This document shows, one piece after another, positions 27,301 through 41,088 of a stretch of 64,000 bases of DNA (its first letter is position 1; the number at the start of each line of letters is the position of its first letter). Both the position numbers and the translations under genes were made by a program. This DNA comes from Lingula anatina (lineage: Eukaryota; Animalia; Brachiopoda), in NCBI GenBank assembly GCA_051362555.1, contig CM120646.1, forward strand, positions 8,866,001 to 8,930,000, in the 5' to 3' direction. Under the pieces are notes generated by a model, which worked only from the letters and a program-made list of their open reading frames with translations, was not told where the DNA came from and did not search any database.

Positions 27301-28029
27301 ACATTGTCACGAAGGAAATATACTTAAAACTTACTAATATGTTGAGACACTTTAAAGGAAGCAGGTTGTCAATAAGTTTCAGAAAACCACATAAAGCAGT
27401 GTCAAAGACACTATTGCATGGTGGATCAAAGTGGTCTTAATAAGATCAGGAATAGATACTGTGAAGGGTGATGCTCATAGTGTGAGTGCAGCATCAGCCT
27501 CTAAGGTTATAATGAAATAGGCTGGTTGGTCAAATTAGAATATGTTCCATAACAAAGAAATAGTTGAAAATGACGTAGTGAAAGTTGCACTTATATTAGG
27601 TAAGTGAACTTTAGTCAGTTTATTTATAAACTGTTTATGTGTTTGATGAATAACCAATAAAGTCTTTCTTTATGAATTTAAACATGAGTTCATGTTTCAT
27701 TTTGCATGATATATGCCTTAAAGTCTCATTTCATGATGAACCAATATAATTGTTCGATATAGAATTAAAAAATTAAACGAAACTTACCCGTAAGTTGATG
27801 TTTGATTGTAATTCTATGAGACAACTATGGGTGAGGAGATGAAATGCCTCTCCCACCCTTCCTTATTACATAAACTTATGATAATAGTGATGTGGATTAT
27901 TATCAAAAAATGAAGTTTAATAAAAACTTCTGAAGAAATCATGCAGAAATGCTTCAAAACCTGACGCGCATGCGCACTGTGCATTCTCATTTCAATTTTC
28001 AGTTTTTCGCCAATTTTCAGCATATCTGT

Positions 28030-28081
<52 letters not shown>

Positions 28082-31000
28082 TTATGAAAATAGTAATTAA
28101 AATATATACATATAAGAAAATAGTAATGATGCAGGGACAGAAAATTGTGAAATCATGATGGTTTCTGTCAGAAAAATGTTTGATATCAGAATGTCTCTTC
28201 TGATATCAAATCATGACAAATAACATACCATATGTAGATATGGATGTATGCCTTAGTCTTGAGTGGCAGGTCACCAGACATATGACTAAGGCCTGACAGA
28301 AATATTTTATTGTGTGAAAGTGTTGAAAGCACTATAATTTACTCTTGTAGCCAAGAAGAAAAAAGATACCAAATCTTCAGAATCTGAATATGCAAGTAGT
28401 TCCAGTGAATCAGGAAGTGAATCTGAGGATGATCAGAAAAATATAGAAAGAAAAAAAAAGGACAAAAAGAAAAAAGCAAAGAAGAGGAGAAAAGAAAAAA
28501 AGAAAATTAAGAAGTAAGTTTTTCTTTCAATTTTTAGTTATACTAAATGTGTGTGTTTCCGTGTAAGCATATATTAAAATGTTTTTTTCCCAAGGATTTT
28601 GTTATAACCAATAATTGTTCATTTAACCATTTGGTAGGGGTTTTTTTTCCACTTAGATAATGCAGAAATAAAAAATATGTTCTGGAATAATGTTGATGAC
28701 ACAGAAGCATATTTGGAATTAGAACTGTTCACTTGCAAACATATCTTCCTCAACACAGCTATCATCACCATTTTCCTGCCTATTTAATCACAACAATGAA
28801 TTCTAAAACTTGATGCTAGCTAAGGCTTAGTTCTGATTTTATGAGTAAAGAGGCAGAATAATGCCCTTCTTTAAGGGAGCATCAGGAAAATGGACTCACA
28901 TATTCTAAACAAAAAGATCTAAAACCAAGTACAGGCGCCAGGCTGTAATTCAAACCCTAGACTGTGTTCCCATAACCTTATCATACTAGCAGGGTCAATC
29001 TGTCTCAGTGGGGATCCTCACTAAGGTGCAGACAATCTAATCAGCTTAATTGTCTGGCAAACCAACATGAACAACATCGTGGACCACAAAGTTTTCCCAA
29101 CTTTACCCAAGTACTTTTAAGTTGTGAGGGGCTGTGCCGGACATTTAAGCCGCTTAATCTGAATGCAATTTAGTGAGATTTCCAGAGGAGTCAGATTGAT
29201 ATAGCTAGTATGATATGTTTATGGGAATGGCCTCCTAGTTGTCAATAATATCATTTTATCTACAGACACAGATGTGTTTGTACATATAGCCATCACCTGC
29301 ATCTGTCATTGTCGTTGCCATCATCGTCTTTTCTGCTCTCATCCTCATTATCTAGATTTTTTTTTTTTGCTTTTTGTCTGTATACTTTCCAGCTTTGCTG
29401 TGTTGATTCCATGTCCACTTAATGACGTTTGAGGAGTACCTTGCTCCATTAATTGTTTAAATTTTGCCATCAGTGCTGAAAGAGAAATGCCAGAAAGCCA
29501 GATTTTTTCCACTGTAAGACCAGAGGAGATTCCAGATGTCCCAGTATCCAGATTTCTGTTCAGAGGCAGCCCACCCAAAGAAGGTGACAGGTAATAGGAA
29601 CCCTGTAGATGTATTTTGTGAACAAAAGAACTTAAAGTGAAAAATTAAGCCCTAGTTTTACTTTGAACCTCTTGAAAAGGTCTTCGGGGGTGTTATGTCA
29701 CAACAGCTTTGACCTTTCATAAACCTTCAGTATTTTGCCTATCTGCAACTCCCAATTTTTTATTTAATTGATTAAACCGATTACCATAATAGTTCAGTAC
29801 TCTGAAGTTCCAAATAACTGATAGTATTGTTATTTTAGAAAAAGTGAAATACAGAAATATATATGTATTTATGTATGTAAAAAAAAACAGAATACAGAAA
29901 TATACAAAAAAATATACAATGTATGTAGCGTTATGATTATGTAAATAATGTAGGTATTTTGATAGTCACGTTTTCTAGATATCTTTGTTACCTGCAGTAC
30001 ATAATTTACAAAAAAAATATACAATGTATGTAGAGTTATGATTATGTAAATAATGTAGGTATTTTGATAGTCACGTTTTCTAGATATCTTTGTTACCTGC
30101 AGTGCATAATTTTAAAATTGGTGTAGCCACTGCTGATCTAAGGTATCTGATTTCATTTACTTTGGTACTTTATTCATATTTTTTTAAATGTAGAGTTACA
30201 ATTAAGATATGAGGCTTGTGACTTTCTGTATTTACTTTTTTCCAAACTGTAGGAAGTCTTTTCAATTGGGCAAAGGCAGTAGTCCACAAAGAATTCCTTA
30301 TCCTCATCAAATCATCACTCATTCTGGGCGGAAGATCAAAGGAAGGGGGTTTCTGGTAGGTGATTGTTGGTAAGAAGTATTTCAGAATCATTTAAAGAGT
30401 AAAAATACTGTTCTGTTGGATGCTGATACAGATATCTAATTATGTCAAGTCAGTATATCTATTTCTGTTGAGTCAGTTTTCCTTTTTCTTCACAAAGGAT
30501 TGAATGATTTTGAAGGCATCTGCAATGACAGTCAACTTTGAATAGAAATGGGGAGGTTAAGTAAGTTTTGACGTTGCACTGTTTTACAAGGAAAAATTTA
30601 AGTTAAAACTAAAATCTTGAAGCTTGGTTACCTGGGAATTCTACTTTTTTCTATTTTTAAGCGTTATCGCTCAAAATCACGCTCAAAAAGCCGTGACAGA
30701 AGCATCACCCCACCTCATTGGAAGAGAGCTTCACAAAGACTGACCACTCTGGAAGACCTAAAAAGGGCAAGGGAGATAAGTAGCAGAGAACAACAAAGAG
30801 AAGAGAAATGGAAAAAAGGAGACTTAATGGGAGATGGCATGCAGCTGCCTTACCAAAGCAGCAGGAGGGGTGGAACACCAAAATGTGGTCAGGGCAAAGA
30901 TGAACAGCTAGGAAGCGTAGACAGTCTTAAGGACAGGTTTCAGAAGAGAGATGAAATAAGTGAGGAGGAAACAAGGTGTCTATACATTTTTATATTTCAT

Positions 31001-34000
31001 TTGCCTGCATGCCTTGTCGGAGCAAGAGCAACACTAGTACTGTTGCATATTTCTTGCTACTCTGGTAACTGTAGAGCAGTGTTGCAATTTTGCTTTTTAC
31101 TCTTAGGGAGAACTCTTTTTAAGTATATACACAGTGTCTGTCATATAGCCAACACATATCTGTTGCTGACATTGTTTCACTGTTAACAAAATAAATGGAA
31201 AATACAAACTTCGCATATCCTCAAACTAAGTAGATTGCTTCATATTACTGCCCTGAGTGTCAGAGTCACTGTGAAATGGGCTTCAACAATGGCTCTGAAG
31301 AACAGCGACAGTGTACGATTTCGCGAACAGAGTCCACTGCAAATATGAAAATTGCCTTCTTGTCTAGCTCGGATCGCAAATGATCTGCTGGCGATATTAC
31401 TCGCATGATCCTCTGCTAAAGATATGAAAATTGCCTTGTCATCCCAATGGGATCGCAAACGATCTCCATGTATGAGCTAGGTAATCGTTAAATGGTCTTA
31501 AATGGCGCAATGGACATGAATAGAAGTGACAGGTACATTTCCCTTTGAGATAATATCTTGATTTTTTTCATTGTGTCTTCCTCATTTAGGACAGCCATTG
31601 ATAATAATAACAGCACTACAACTGACAAAGAGACGCGGCCTGTGACTTCTATTTACTGGCTTGAAAATGTACCTTGAGCCAGGTAATAGTAATGAAACTA
31701 AAGACAAATGGCCAACGTTCCCGCAGTTGAGAATGGAAATTCACATCTAAACCATCTATACTGTTAGTAGCCACTCGCAGGGGCACACTATTGTTCCTAT
31801 CTTCTATTGAGAGTGTTATCCTGATCTTATTATTGTTTGAGCTGGACAACGCGACCATATTAGGTGACAAGCTTTTCAGAAATTTTCAAGAGGCTCTTTT
31901 TCAAGCTCGTTGAAATTTTCAAAGTGAAAAAAATTACATCGGCAGAAAATCGTCTTCCGACAAAATTTACAAGACCGATGAAATTTTCAAGTTTTTACCG
32001 TAGTTAGTGTGCAGTCAGCGTTGTGCGTTTACAATCCATGTTACAGTAGGGTGTGAAATCGCAAGCAAGATTATGCAAGATTTAAGTAGGGCTGTTGGTG
32101 TTTCCACTCCATATAGTGGCAAACTCCTGGAGCTGGTATACCCCATTGTCTCACCTCACACATTCCCCTATTGTGAGGAGAGGTCTTCCCCATTGCTAAT
32201 GGAAGTATCCCCCATTGTAATTCCATGACCACTTAACTTTAAATCTGATTACTTTTGATTTTAAAAGCAGGGCCAGTCAACAGAAAGACCATTTGTATAA
32301 TGATTAAGACCATGTAAGATTGTTTGTGATCTGAAATAGCAAATTGGGACCATTTCAAGTCCACTAATGTTAGTGTTTGTATAGTTGCAGGTTTAATTTT
32401 CTAGCTGATATATTGGTTATTTGTTATTGTTTTCTAGTAACCACAAAGAAAAGAAGCACAAGAAACACAAAAAGACAGAAAAGTAAGCACCTTTTACTAC
32501 GTATCTTATGATTTAATTTACTTATTTTGGATAACAAGTTATTTTCTCAATTTGAAACACATGTATTGCCTTATTCTTCTCAGCTGATGATTTCATGTCA
32601 TCAGCGATGTAAGTTTTCTTACTGTCATTGTTTTTTAAATATTGATTTTTGAGTCATATTTACTGTTATAAATTAATTTTATTTACCAATTTTGATTAAT
32701 TCTAAATATTGATATACATGTATGATAAATCTTTGACATGCATGGTTCTTGTCTCAGGTCTAACAACAACAAGCTCAAGATAAAGCACAGCATAGAGATG
32801 CATCCGACAGTTTCAAGGTCATCTTCAAAAGAGAGAATTTTGTCAAGAAAATCAAGGGCCCCTTTAAAAGAGAAATCTAGGTCAAGGAGATCAAGGTCCC
32901 CTTCAAAAGAGAGATTTAGGTCAAGGAAATCAAGGTCCTCTTCAAAAGAGAGACCTAGATCAAAAAAATTAAGGTCACCTTCAGAAGCGAGATCTAGGTC
33001 AAGGAGGTCAAGGTCACCTTCAGAAGAGAGATCTTGGTCAAGGAAGTCAAGGTCACCTTCAGAAGAGAGATCTAGGTCAAGGAAGTCGAGGTCACCTTCA
33101 GAAGAGAGAGCTAGGTCAAGGAAGTCGAGGTCACCTTCAGAAGAGAGATCTAGGTCAAGGAAGTTGAGGTCACCTTCAGAAGAGATATCTAGGTCAAGGA
33201 AGGCGAGGTCACCTTCAGAAGAGAGATCTAGGTCAAGGAAGTCGAGGTCATCTTCAAAAAAAAAAAAAAGATCTTGGTCAAGGAAACCAAGGGCACATTC
33301 AGAAGAGAGTTCAGTTATATCAAGCTCAGGTGATGGCTCTACTCTAGCTAGCTAGATTTCGTGGTCAGTTATTGCTTTCCTGTACGTTTGGCACTGGAAA
33401 TCTTTTTTTTTTTTTTTTCAAAATCAAATGTTAATTATCTTTTTTTATATGGGAAGTATATTTTTAACTGATATTTTTTGGGGTGGGTTTTGGCTAGGTT
33501 ATCTTGAATGTATGATTTCAAGGATCCCAGACCTACTGTTCCTACTTTTTGGGTAGGACCCTCCTACTTTGAAAGAAAATGTCCTACTTTTCCTGCTTTT
33601 AAATGAATTCATTTGAAAGTTTTGTCATTTTGAACACTTTCTCTGCATGCTTCTCTTTTCTTCTCCTTCTCTTCTCCTTTCTCTTTTTCTTCCCTTTTTC
33701 ATTTGTGTTTGGAGTTTTTCTTTTGTCTTTTTCAAACTTTGTGCGCTTGGACTACCTTGTATCTAGGTTAAATTACAATAGAACATCCAGAGCCCGGTTT
33801 CATCACAACATAGTAGTATTATAGTACTATTTATTCATATGTAAATTGGGAGAAGTCCCAGAATTCCACATGCGACACAGAATTTACATAGTGGTGATTT
33901 CCCTGCCAAATTTCTTTTTAGAAACTTCCAGACTTAAATCAAATTATATCAGTGTTGCAGGAATGGCAATATTAGATAAAGTATTTTATTCATTGGAAAG

Positions 34001-37000
34001 AAGTGTAACCAAGTTTTAAAGGATATTATCAATTTCAAAAGGATTAAATAACTTTATTCATGGCGTCATCTCCTTGATTAAGTTTAAATCAGTCATATGG
34101 CAACTGGCTGTGCGAAGGAAGCTATTTGTATAGAGAATATTTGTATTGTCATCACAGATCATCAGAGTAAGTGTGCTCAGTCAAACCTGGATTGTCCATG
34201 CTGTCTTAAGAGACTCCAGATCTCTCAGTCAGACAAATAAATGTAAAGATCAGTCAGTTTGTAGTTGATATCTGGAAAACATATCATAGCCACTGTGTCA
34301 CTTGCTGTCACTAGTGGCCCCTGTGACAGAATTGGTGAAAAAACCCAGATGGAAAAAATGCTCTTAAAAACCTTTAATTTGATCTTTAGTTTCTCAACTT
34401 ACTCATTGAAGGTATGCTCTGGTATTCATGAAAAAACAGATAAAGTTTTGAAAAATATTCTCTTTTATACAATATTATTATCTAAGTCAATAAGAGGCAC
34501 TTTAAAAATTAGTGGTGATTATGCTGTAAATAATTTAGATTTTGTTGCATCAAAACTGACAAAAACCCCATTTTGTGCAGTTACATGTAAACACAACAAA
34601 ATTTTTGTGACTTTTTTCATTTTTACACTTGAGCAATTTTAGTGTGTGACACAGATTATGACTGCATCTGTTTTGCAGGATAAGATGTGGTAAAAGATGG
34701 AGCAGATATTCCAGAGGCAGCTCCAGAAGGTTTGTAAGTTAACATAAAAATTCCAATGGGCATGGCTAAATCTTTGTTGTAAATACATTAAGTTGGAAAT
34801 GCCCTTTCCATTTAAATTCTTGCTTTGGCATATGCAGTTATTAAATATTATTGTACCATGGCTCTGGTGGTACATATGGTGTCAGTCCAGACCCATCTCA
34901 TCTGCCATATCTGCCAACATTTCACCATTACCGCTTCTCCTAAACTACAAAGGCCTGTGTACCCATATTTTGGATTTAGGTCACACATAATCTCAACTCG
35001 TACCACATAAATTTTGGGCTCTGTCGCTGAACTGGTCTAGGAATGGCAGTCCTCACAGTGCACCCTTGTCCAAAATTTGCAAAATTAAATGCTAAATATC
35101 TCGCAATTATGGGAAAAAATTACTACAGATGGCTGAGCAAAAGTCATGTGGAGACTTCAAATTTGCCCTTGGATTTTACCTTTGATGCTTATGTCAAGGT
35201 CAAACAGGCCAAAATTTTTTGCAAAAAAAAGTTTGTGCTGATTTTCAGAACCTACACAGACATAACCTATAATATTATGGGCAGGTGTTACACTTTGGTT
35301 TGTCTTGGGGTCAACAGGTGCATTGTCAGTAGCCATTAGATGCCGAAACTGAGTACTGTCTTATTTTGGAACCTTAAATGCAGGTTGCTTTTGAAAATCA
35401 TCAGTGTCTGTACATAAAAATTACACCAAATATTGTTTGGAAAATTCTGATGCATTGTTGACATAAAGGTCAAAGGCAAAATCCAAGAGCATATTTTAAG
35501 TCTTCGTCATCGTCGTCATTGCCTTGCACTTTCACTGATAACTCGATAAGTGGAACACCATTTAACCTTTTGACTTGAAACTTGCAGAACTGATGAATGT
35601 TCATAATACACAAGTCAAGTTTGAAAATCAGCATCATCGGGCCATTTTTATGGAAGTTATGCTGTTTTATTCACTTTTTTTTAGCATTTATGCAACACCG
35701 AAAACATAACAGGTGGAAAACCGTTTTAACTTTTGGCTTGAAACTTACAGAAAGGATGATAATTCATAATACACAGGTCAAGTTCAAAAATCAGCTTGTA
35801 TGCCATTTTTATGGAATTTTTGCTGTTTTTTCAACTTTTTCAGCATTTATGCAACACTGATAACCGTTTTTCCTTTTGGATTGAAACTTAAAGAACTGAT
35901 GAATATTCATAATACACAGGTCAAGTTTGAAAATTGGCATAATCAGGCCATTTTTATGAAAGTTATGTCGTTTTGTCACTTTTTTCAGCTAATATGCAAC
36001 GCCTATAACACATTTCAAGGAAAATCGATTGGCCAATTGTCTTGAAATTCACAGGAGTAATCAGTGTTACTAAAATACAGAAAATAAGCTTGATTGGTTA
36101 AGTTATGCCTTTTTATATAAGTGCTAGTCACATTTGGGTGGTTAGTTTGTAATTTTCCCCTAGCTTATCACTAGCTAAGTTCAGAGCTATAAAGTCACTT
36201 GCCTAATTAAGTTTCAAGTGGCCATTTAATGAGATAACATAAAATTCACTTGTCAGATTTTTAAGTTTACATTGACGGGTATCTATTTTATTCTGTTGGA
36301 AGACCATCAAAAATGGGGGATTGATCAACAAAGATAACTTGGAATACTGCCAGAAGATATCTCTGGATCCGCTCCTGTTATTGACCATGTTAGCTGTTTT
36401 GCATGATTTAAATTTATTTTTGATTGACTGTGCTATTATAAGCATTATTTATTATTGCATTAAAATTGAAAAAATGACCTATTTTCTGCATCTTAATTCG
36501 AAAAACAAGCTTGATCAGTCCAGTTTTAATTAATTTTTTATTATACATAAGTGGTTTTTCCTTAGATTTAATTGTTAGTCAGTTTCATTATTGAACTAAT
36601 TAGATTGATAAAAGTTTTTTTTTTTCATTTTGTGCATCTTAATAATATAATAGTATTGTTAGTTGATTATATAAAAATGAAGATAAACTTGTTATTGTGT
36701 ATTGTGTAATAAAGTATCAAAAATGGAAATAAACTGATATCATCACAGTTTGTCAGATTGAATCATTCACTATGTTCAGAATTTCAGAATAGAACAAATA
36801 GGACATTTAAATTTTATCTATTGATTTTTTTCTTTTCTCAACAATTTTGTTAGTGGATCATATAAAAATGACTGTAAATTGATTATTTTGTTTTATGTAA
36901 AAATGTGTTATAAATGAAAATAAATTCATTTCAGTACGGGTACCTTTGTTTACATTTTGGTGTTTTCAAGGTGTGACTTTGAAGCTCCATAGTCCTTGAA

Positions 37001-40000
37001 GACATTTACTAGTCATATTTTCTTAATATCCGTGTAACCTGCAGTGCATAGTTTTAAGATTGGTGGTGTTAATGATTGTAATTTTGCATCAAAATGGAAG
37101 GAAACCCTATTTTGAGCACTGTCGCCATATAGCGAACATTATTGGAAAACCATTTCACTTATTCTTCTGAAATTTATAGGAAAGAAACATAGGACTAAAA
37201 TCCATGTTCAGTTGGTAAATTAATCGATTGGTTAATTCTTCTGGAAGTTATACAGGTTTCTGTGAAAATTTAATTTTTCACATATTTTGTTTGAAAATTT
37301 TAATAACTGGTTGATTCTCCCCTTTAATATATAACTAAATAGTCATGATCTGATTAACTACAATTAGTGATGTGATCAGTACTGTAATATACATGTACTG
37401 GTGTCAGTGTCTGCCTTCGAAAGACATTTCAAGTTAAAAGCAATAGTCAGTGCTACGTACTTTTCAAGCTACAAACAAAAGACAGTACTAATTAATTTTC
37501 AAGTTACTTTGATATATTCTTAGAAATGCAATGCAATTTAGAATTTAATTTCTATGGCATACTCAAAAATATAAAAGCCGCATTTTGGATGGAATGTGCA
37601 GCAGTAACTGCAGTTTTATTACACTATGGGTTAATTCTAGTGGAGAGTTGAACATATAAGCCATCACACTTTTTGGGAAGATTCTATCCTCTCATCATGA
37701 GATTACCCATAATCCCAAAATTAGTTCATTTGACTAATGAGATGCAGTGACCTACAAATGTGCAGTGCAGCTACTTACAAGTCAGGGATTGACAAGGTTT
37801 ACAGAAGTCTGGTAAGTTGTAAATTTCAGTTTAATATTCATAGGTATGTAAGGGGAGGAAATTTTACTGCTCTTGAAAACAATTTAAGAGCAAATATATA
37901 ACAAAAAGTCTTAATCAACAGTTTAAAACATTATACATAACATCAGATGCTGAAGATAATCATGATGTTAAATCTGAATCCCAAAGCTTTATCTGATACT
38001 GTGTAGTAACTTTTGGAATTGTGCATCAACATTGCTGATCAGAAAATGGAGAAAAATTAAACTTATTGAGGAGAATTTGCCCTTAATGGATTTATAGGGC
38101 GGAATGGGTTTTATGATGTTGAAAGTAGCCTGTGGTTATCGTAAGGGGTCAAGCTTCATTCTATGTCACAGTAATTGGTGATATTACTGGTAGCATTATA
38201 ATATATTTCTTGAGTCACCTTAGTTTCTTCTCAACAGTGGTGATGGGGAAAGGCCAAGGTTTATGTTTTTGATACACCGGGGTATTAACATGAATGCTGG
38301 ATTAAGTAGTCTTTATTTATTCATCGGGTATATATCATATTCTTCCTCTGTTTCTTCCAGCTCACAGTTGAAGCAAAGAAGCCACCCAGTGTGCCATTAG
38401 AATGTAAGTATTGTTTTATATTATCTAAGTACCAGAAATATGCATTTTATCTAGATAGCTACTAGTACTAAAGAAGTTTAGTACATAGAAAAAATAATAC
38501 TTGTAGATAGGTGGAAACCTTATTGTAGGCAATATGTGGGTAGATTATTTTGAGACAGCAGCTTTTTATGACATTATTTTATTTATATAAAACCATTGTT
38601 TGTTTTCCTGAAAACTAAAAAGCCCATGTCTACTCTAGGGTAGCCCTAACACTCACCAATTTAGCCAAATGCTACAACTGACTTAAATTGGCTAAACAAA
38701 AAGGGCTTGATTTGGCTAATTTTAGTCAAATTAAAACCATTTGGATAACAAATTGACAAAAAAAGTGGTGATTTGGCTAAGCGAAAAAAATTGCTAGCAC
38801 TACCGCAGCTACTTATTGGTTTTTTTCTATTAGAAAAATGTCAAAGTAAGTTTGATGCTGTAGAATGGACCCCTAAAGCTTAGTTACTGAACTGCTTGAG
38901 CTAATTTTCAATTGATGACCTTTCTTAGAGTTTCGAATGACCTTGTATATGACAGATGTAGAGTACTATGAAATTTATTTAGGTATCAAATACTTTTCTT
39001 TTACTCAGATACTAAGGTTGAGCTGTTCATTGGTAAATACTTGTACTGATTCAGTTTTAAATAGGCTCTCTGGGCTCTTATAGTCAAATTTTCAAGAGAT
39101 TTACATAATATTACACATGTTCGTGTAAAAAAATTCCCAGGTACACATTTTCTTTAATGATTCAACATGCTCTGCACCTGTATAGCATTTACAGAGTATG
39201 AGGGTGGCTAACTGTGCAGAATGATTATTTCAAACAATCTTTCTTAGGTTTATATTGAGTCTCAATTTTTTACAGCAAGCCTGTAGTATATTCAGGCTAG
39301 AATGTAGACTTTTACAGTTTTGAAGACAATAAGTAGTTCATTTACGGTATACATGTAAAAACATGCTTGCTGCAGAAATGGGGGCCAGATCAGTGTTGGA
39401 CTTATTTTAATAGTTCTCACATGTGCTTCTCACAACAGGACACCCCAGATTTCTATCCCTTAATTAATGCCACATTTCTTTATTGGAGAGAAATTGCCTC
39501 TCATGTATTCACTGGACAGAATGGGTTTTATGGTTTTGAACAGCTGTGATATAAAAAGCAGTATTGTTAAGTGTACTTTGCTCCAAAGGACGTCAATTTT
39601 TGTTCTGTATCACAGTTATTGGTGATGTTACTGGTAATATTTTAATAAAGTTAAAGACATCTCTTTACTTTAAGTTTCTTCTCAATAATGTTGCTGATAA
39701 AAAATAAAGCAGTAGGATTTGGCTTAAAAACATCGTCTTTCCTTATTCATTGGGTATATGTCATATTCTTCCTCTGTTTCTTCCAGCTGACAGCTGAAGT
39801 GTAAGAAGCCACCCAGTTGAAGTTAGTCAGCATAATCAGTGTGCCAATAGAATGTAAGTATTTATTTAGATATTGTCATTTAGGTCTCAGGATCATTTAA
39901 GTACCAGAAATGTGCATTTGATTTAGATAGCTACTAGACACTAAGTACAAAGAAAAGGTTATATATATATATATATATACGATGCTTTATGATAGGCAAA

Positions 40001-41036
40001 ATGTGGGTAGTTTATTTTGAGACGGGGAAGGTCTTTATGGCATTATCTTATATAATACTGTTGTAAATTTTTCTAAAATCTTAAAAGTCTGTGTCCACTG
40101 ATTGGTTTCTCCATGTGTTAGAAAAGTCTCAAAATAAGTTTTTCACTGTTTTAGTCCATGACTGCTTGTTAACATTTAATAGTTGCTTGAATATTTTTAT
40201 ATTCATCTAGTAGGCCTTTTCATAAATACAATGCAGTAGTACACACATCCACTGTTTATTCCTCTCAAAATAAGTGTAAACATAAATGAAAAAATGTATA
40301 GCATTTACAGAGTATGAGGGTAGGTAACTGTGCAGAATGATTATTTCAAACAATATTTCTTAGGTTTATATTGAGTCTCCATTTTTACAACAAGCCCATA
40401 GTATATGGTATTCAAGCTAGAATGTAAACTAAGCAGATTTGTAGATGATAACTAGTTCAACTGTGTAAAAATGTGTAATTGATAGACGCTTGTTGCAGAA
40501 ATAGGGAATCAGTGTTTTGCTGATTTAACTTGTCATCCAGATCATCATCTTTTGGGCTGAGAAAATCTTTTTTTTACCCCTTTGGAAACAGAATGAGTTT
40601 CTAATACAGGGTAGTAGCATTCTTATAACTTTACTGTGCCTTTAAATGTAGTACACATTGATTTGAGAGTGTCATTATTAAAGGTAACCATCAACACCAC
40701 ACTTCAGCAACTTTTAGAAGAGATTAGTTCATTTTCCCTGTCCCCATATTAAGAGGTATGTTTGATTAATAAAGGGATTAAGCTTAATTGCTTTCAAGCA
40801 GACAGTCAGTCTATCCCACCCAGCTGTAAGTTGACTTAACTTGTGTATATTCCCTTTGAAGATTTATTATAATGTCTAAATTCATCATCCATACAAGGGA
40901 TGAACAATTTAAATATTTATTAATGGAAGGATTTTATTTAAATAAATTGTGAAAGTAGCTTTTTGTATGTGATGTACAACAAACAAGTGGTTGAAAAGTG
41001 TTATTCATTCTGTATAACTTCAGTGAGGTAAATTTG

Positions 41037-41088
<52 letters not shown>

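Larger units (their letters stand above)
21549..27994 (+). mobile_element. Internally deleted DIRS1-like tyrosine-recombinase retroelement with two nested insertions
   Basis: Inverted termini 21582-21615 / 27961-27994. 27724-27766 is complementary to 21549-21591 (internal complementary region). Remnants of a methyltransferase-like domain (VDLFATR...[10 protein letters not shown]) and a tyrosine recombinase. Confidence 0.82.

Noticed and set aside
41039-41086. Poly-T run as the LINE poly(A) tail
   Set aside because: No TSD found, and it lies about 160 bp from the nearest minus-strand AATAAA; the LINE 3' end is left undefined.
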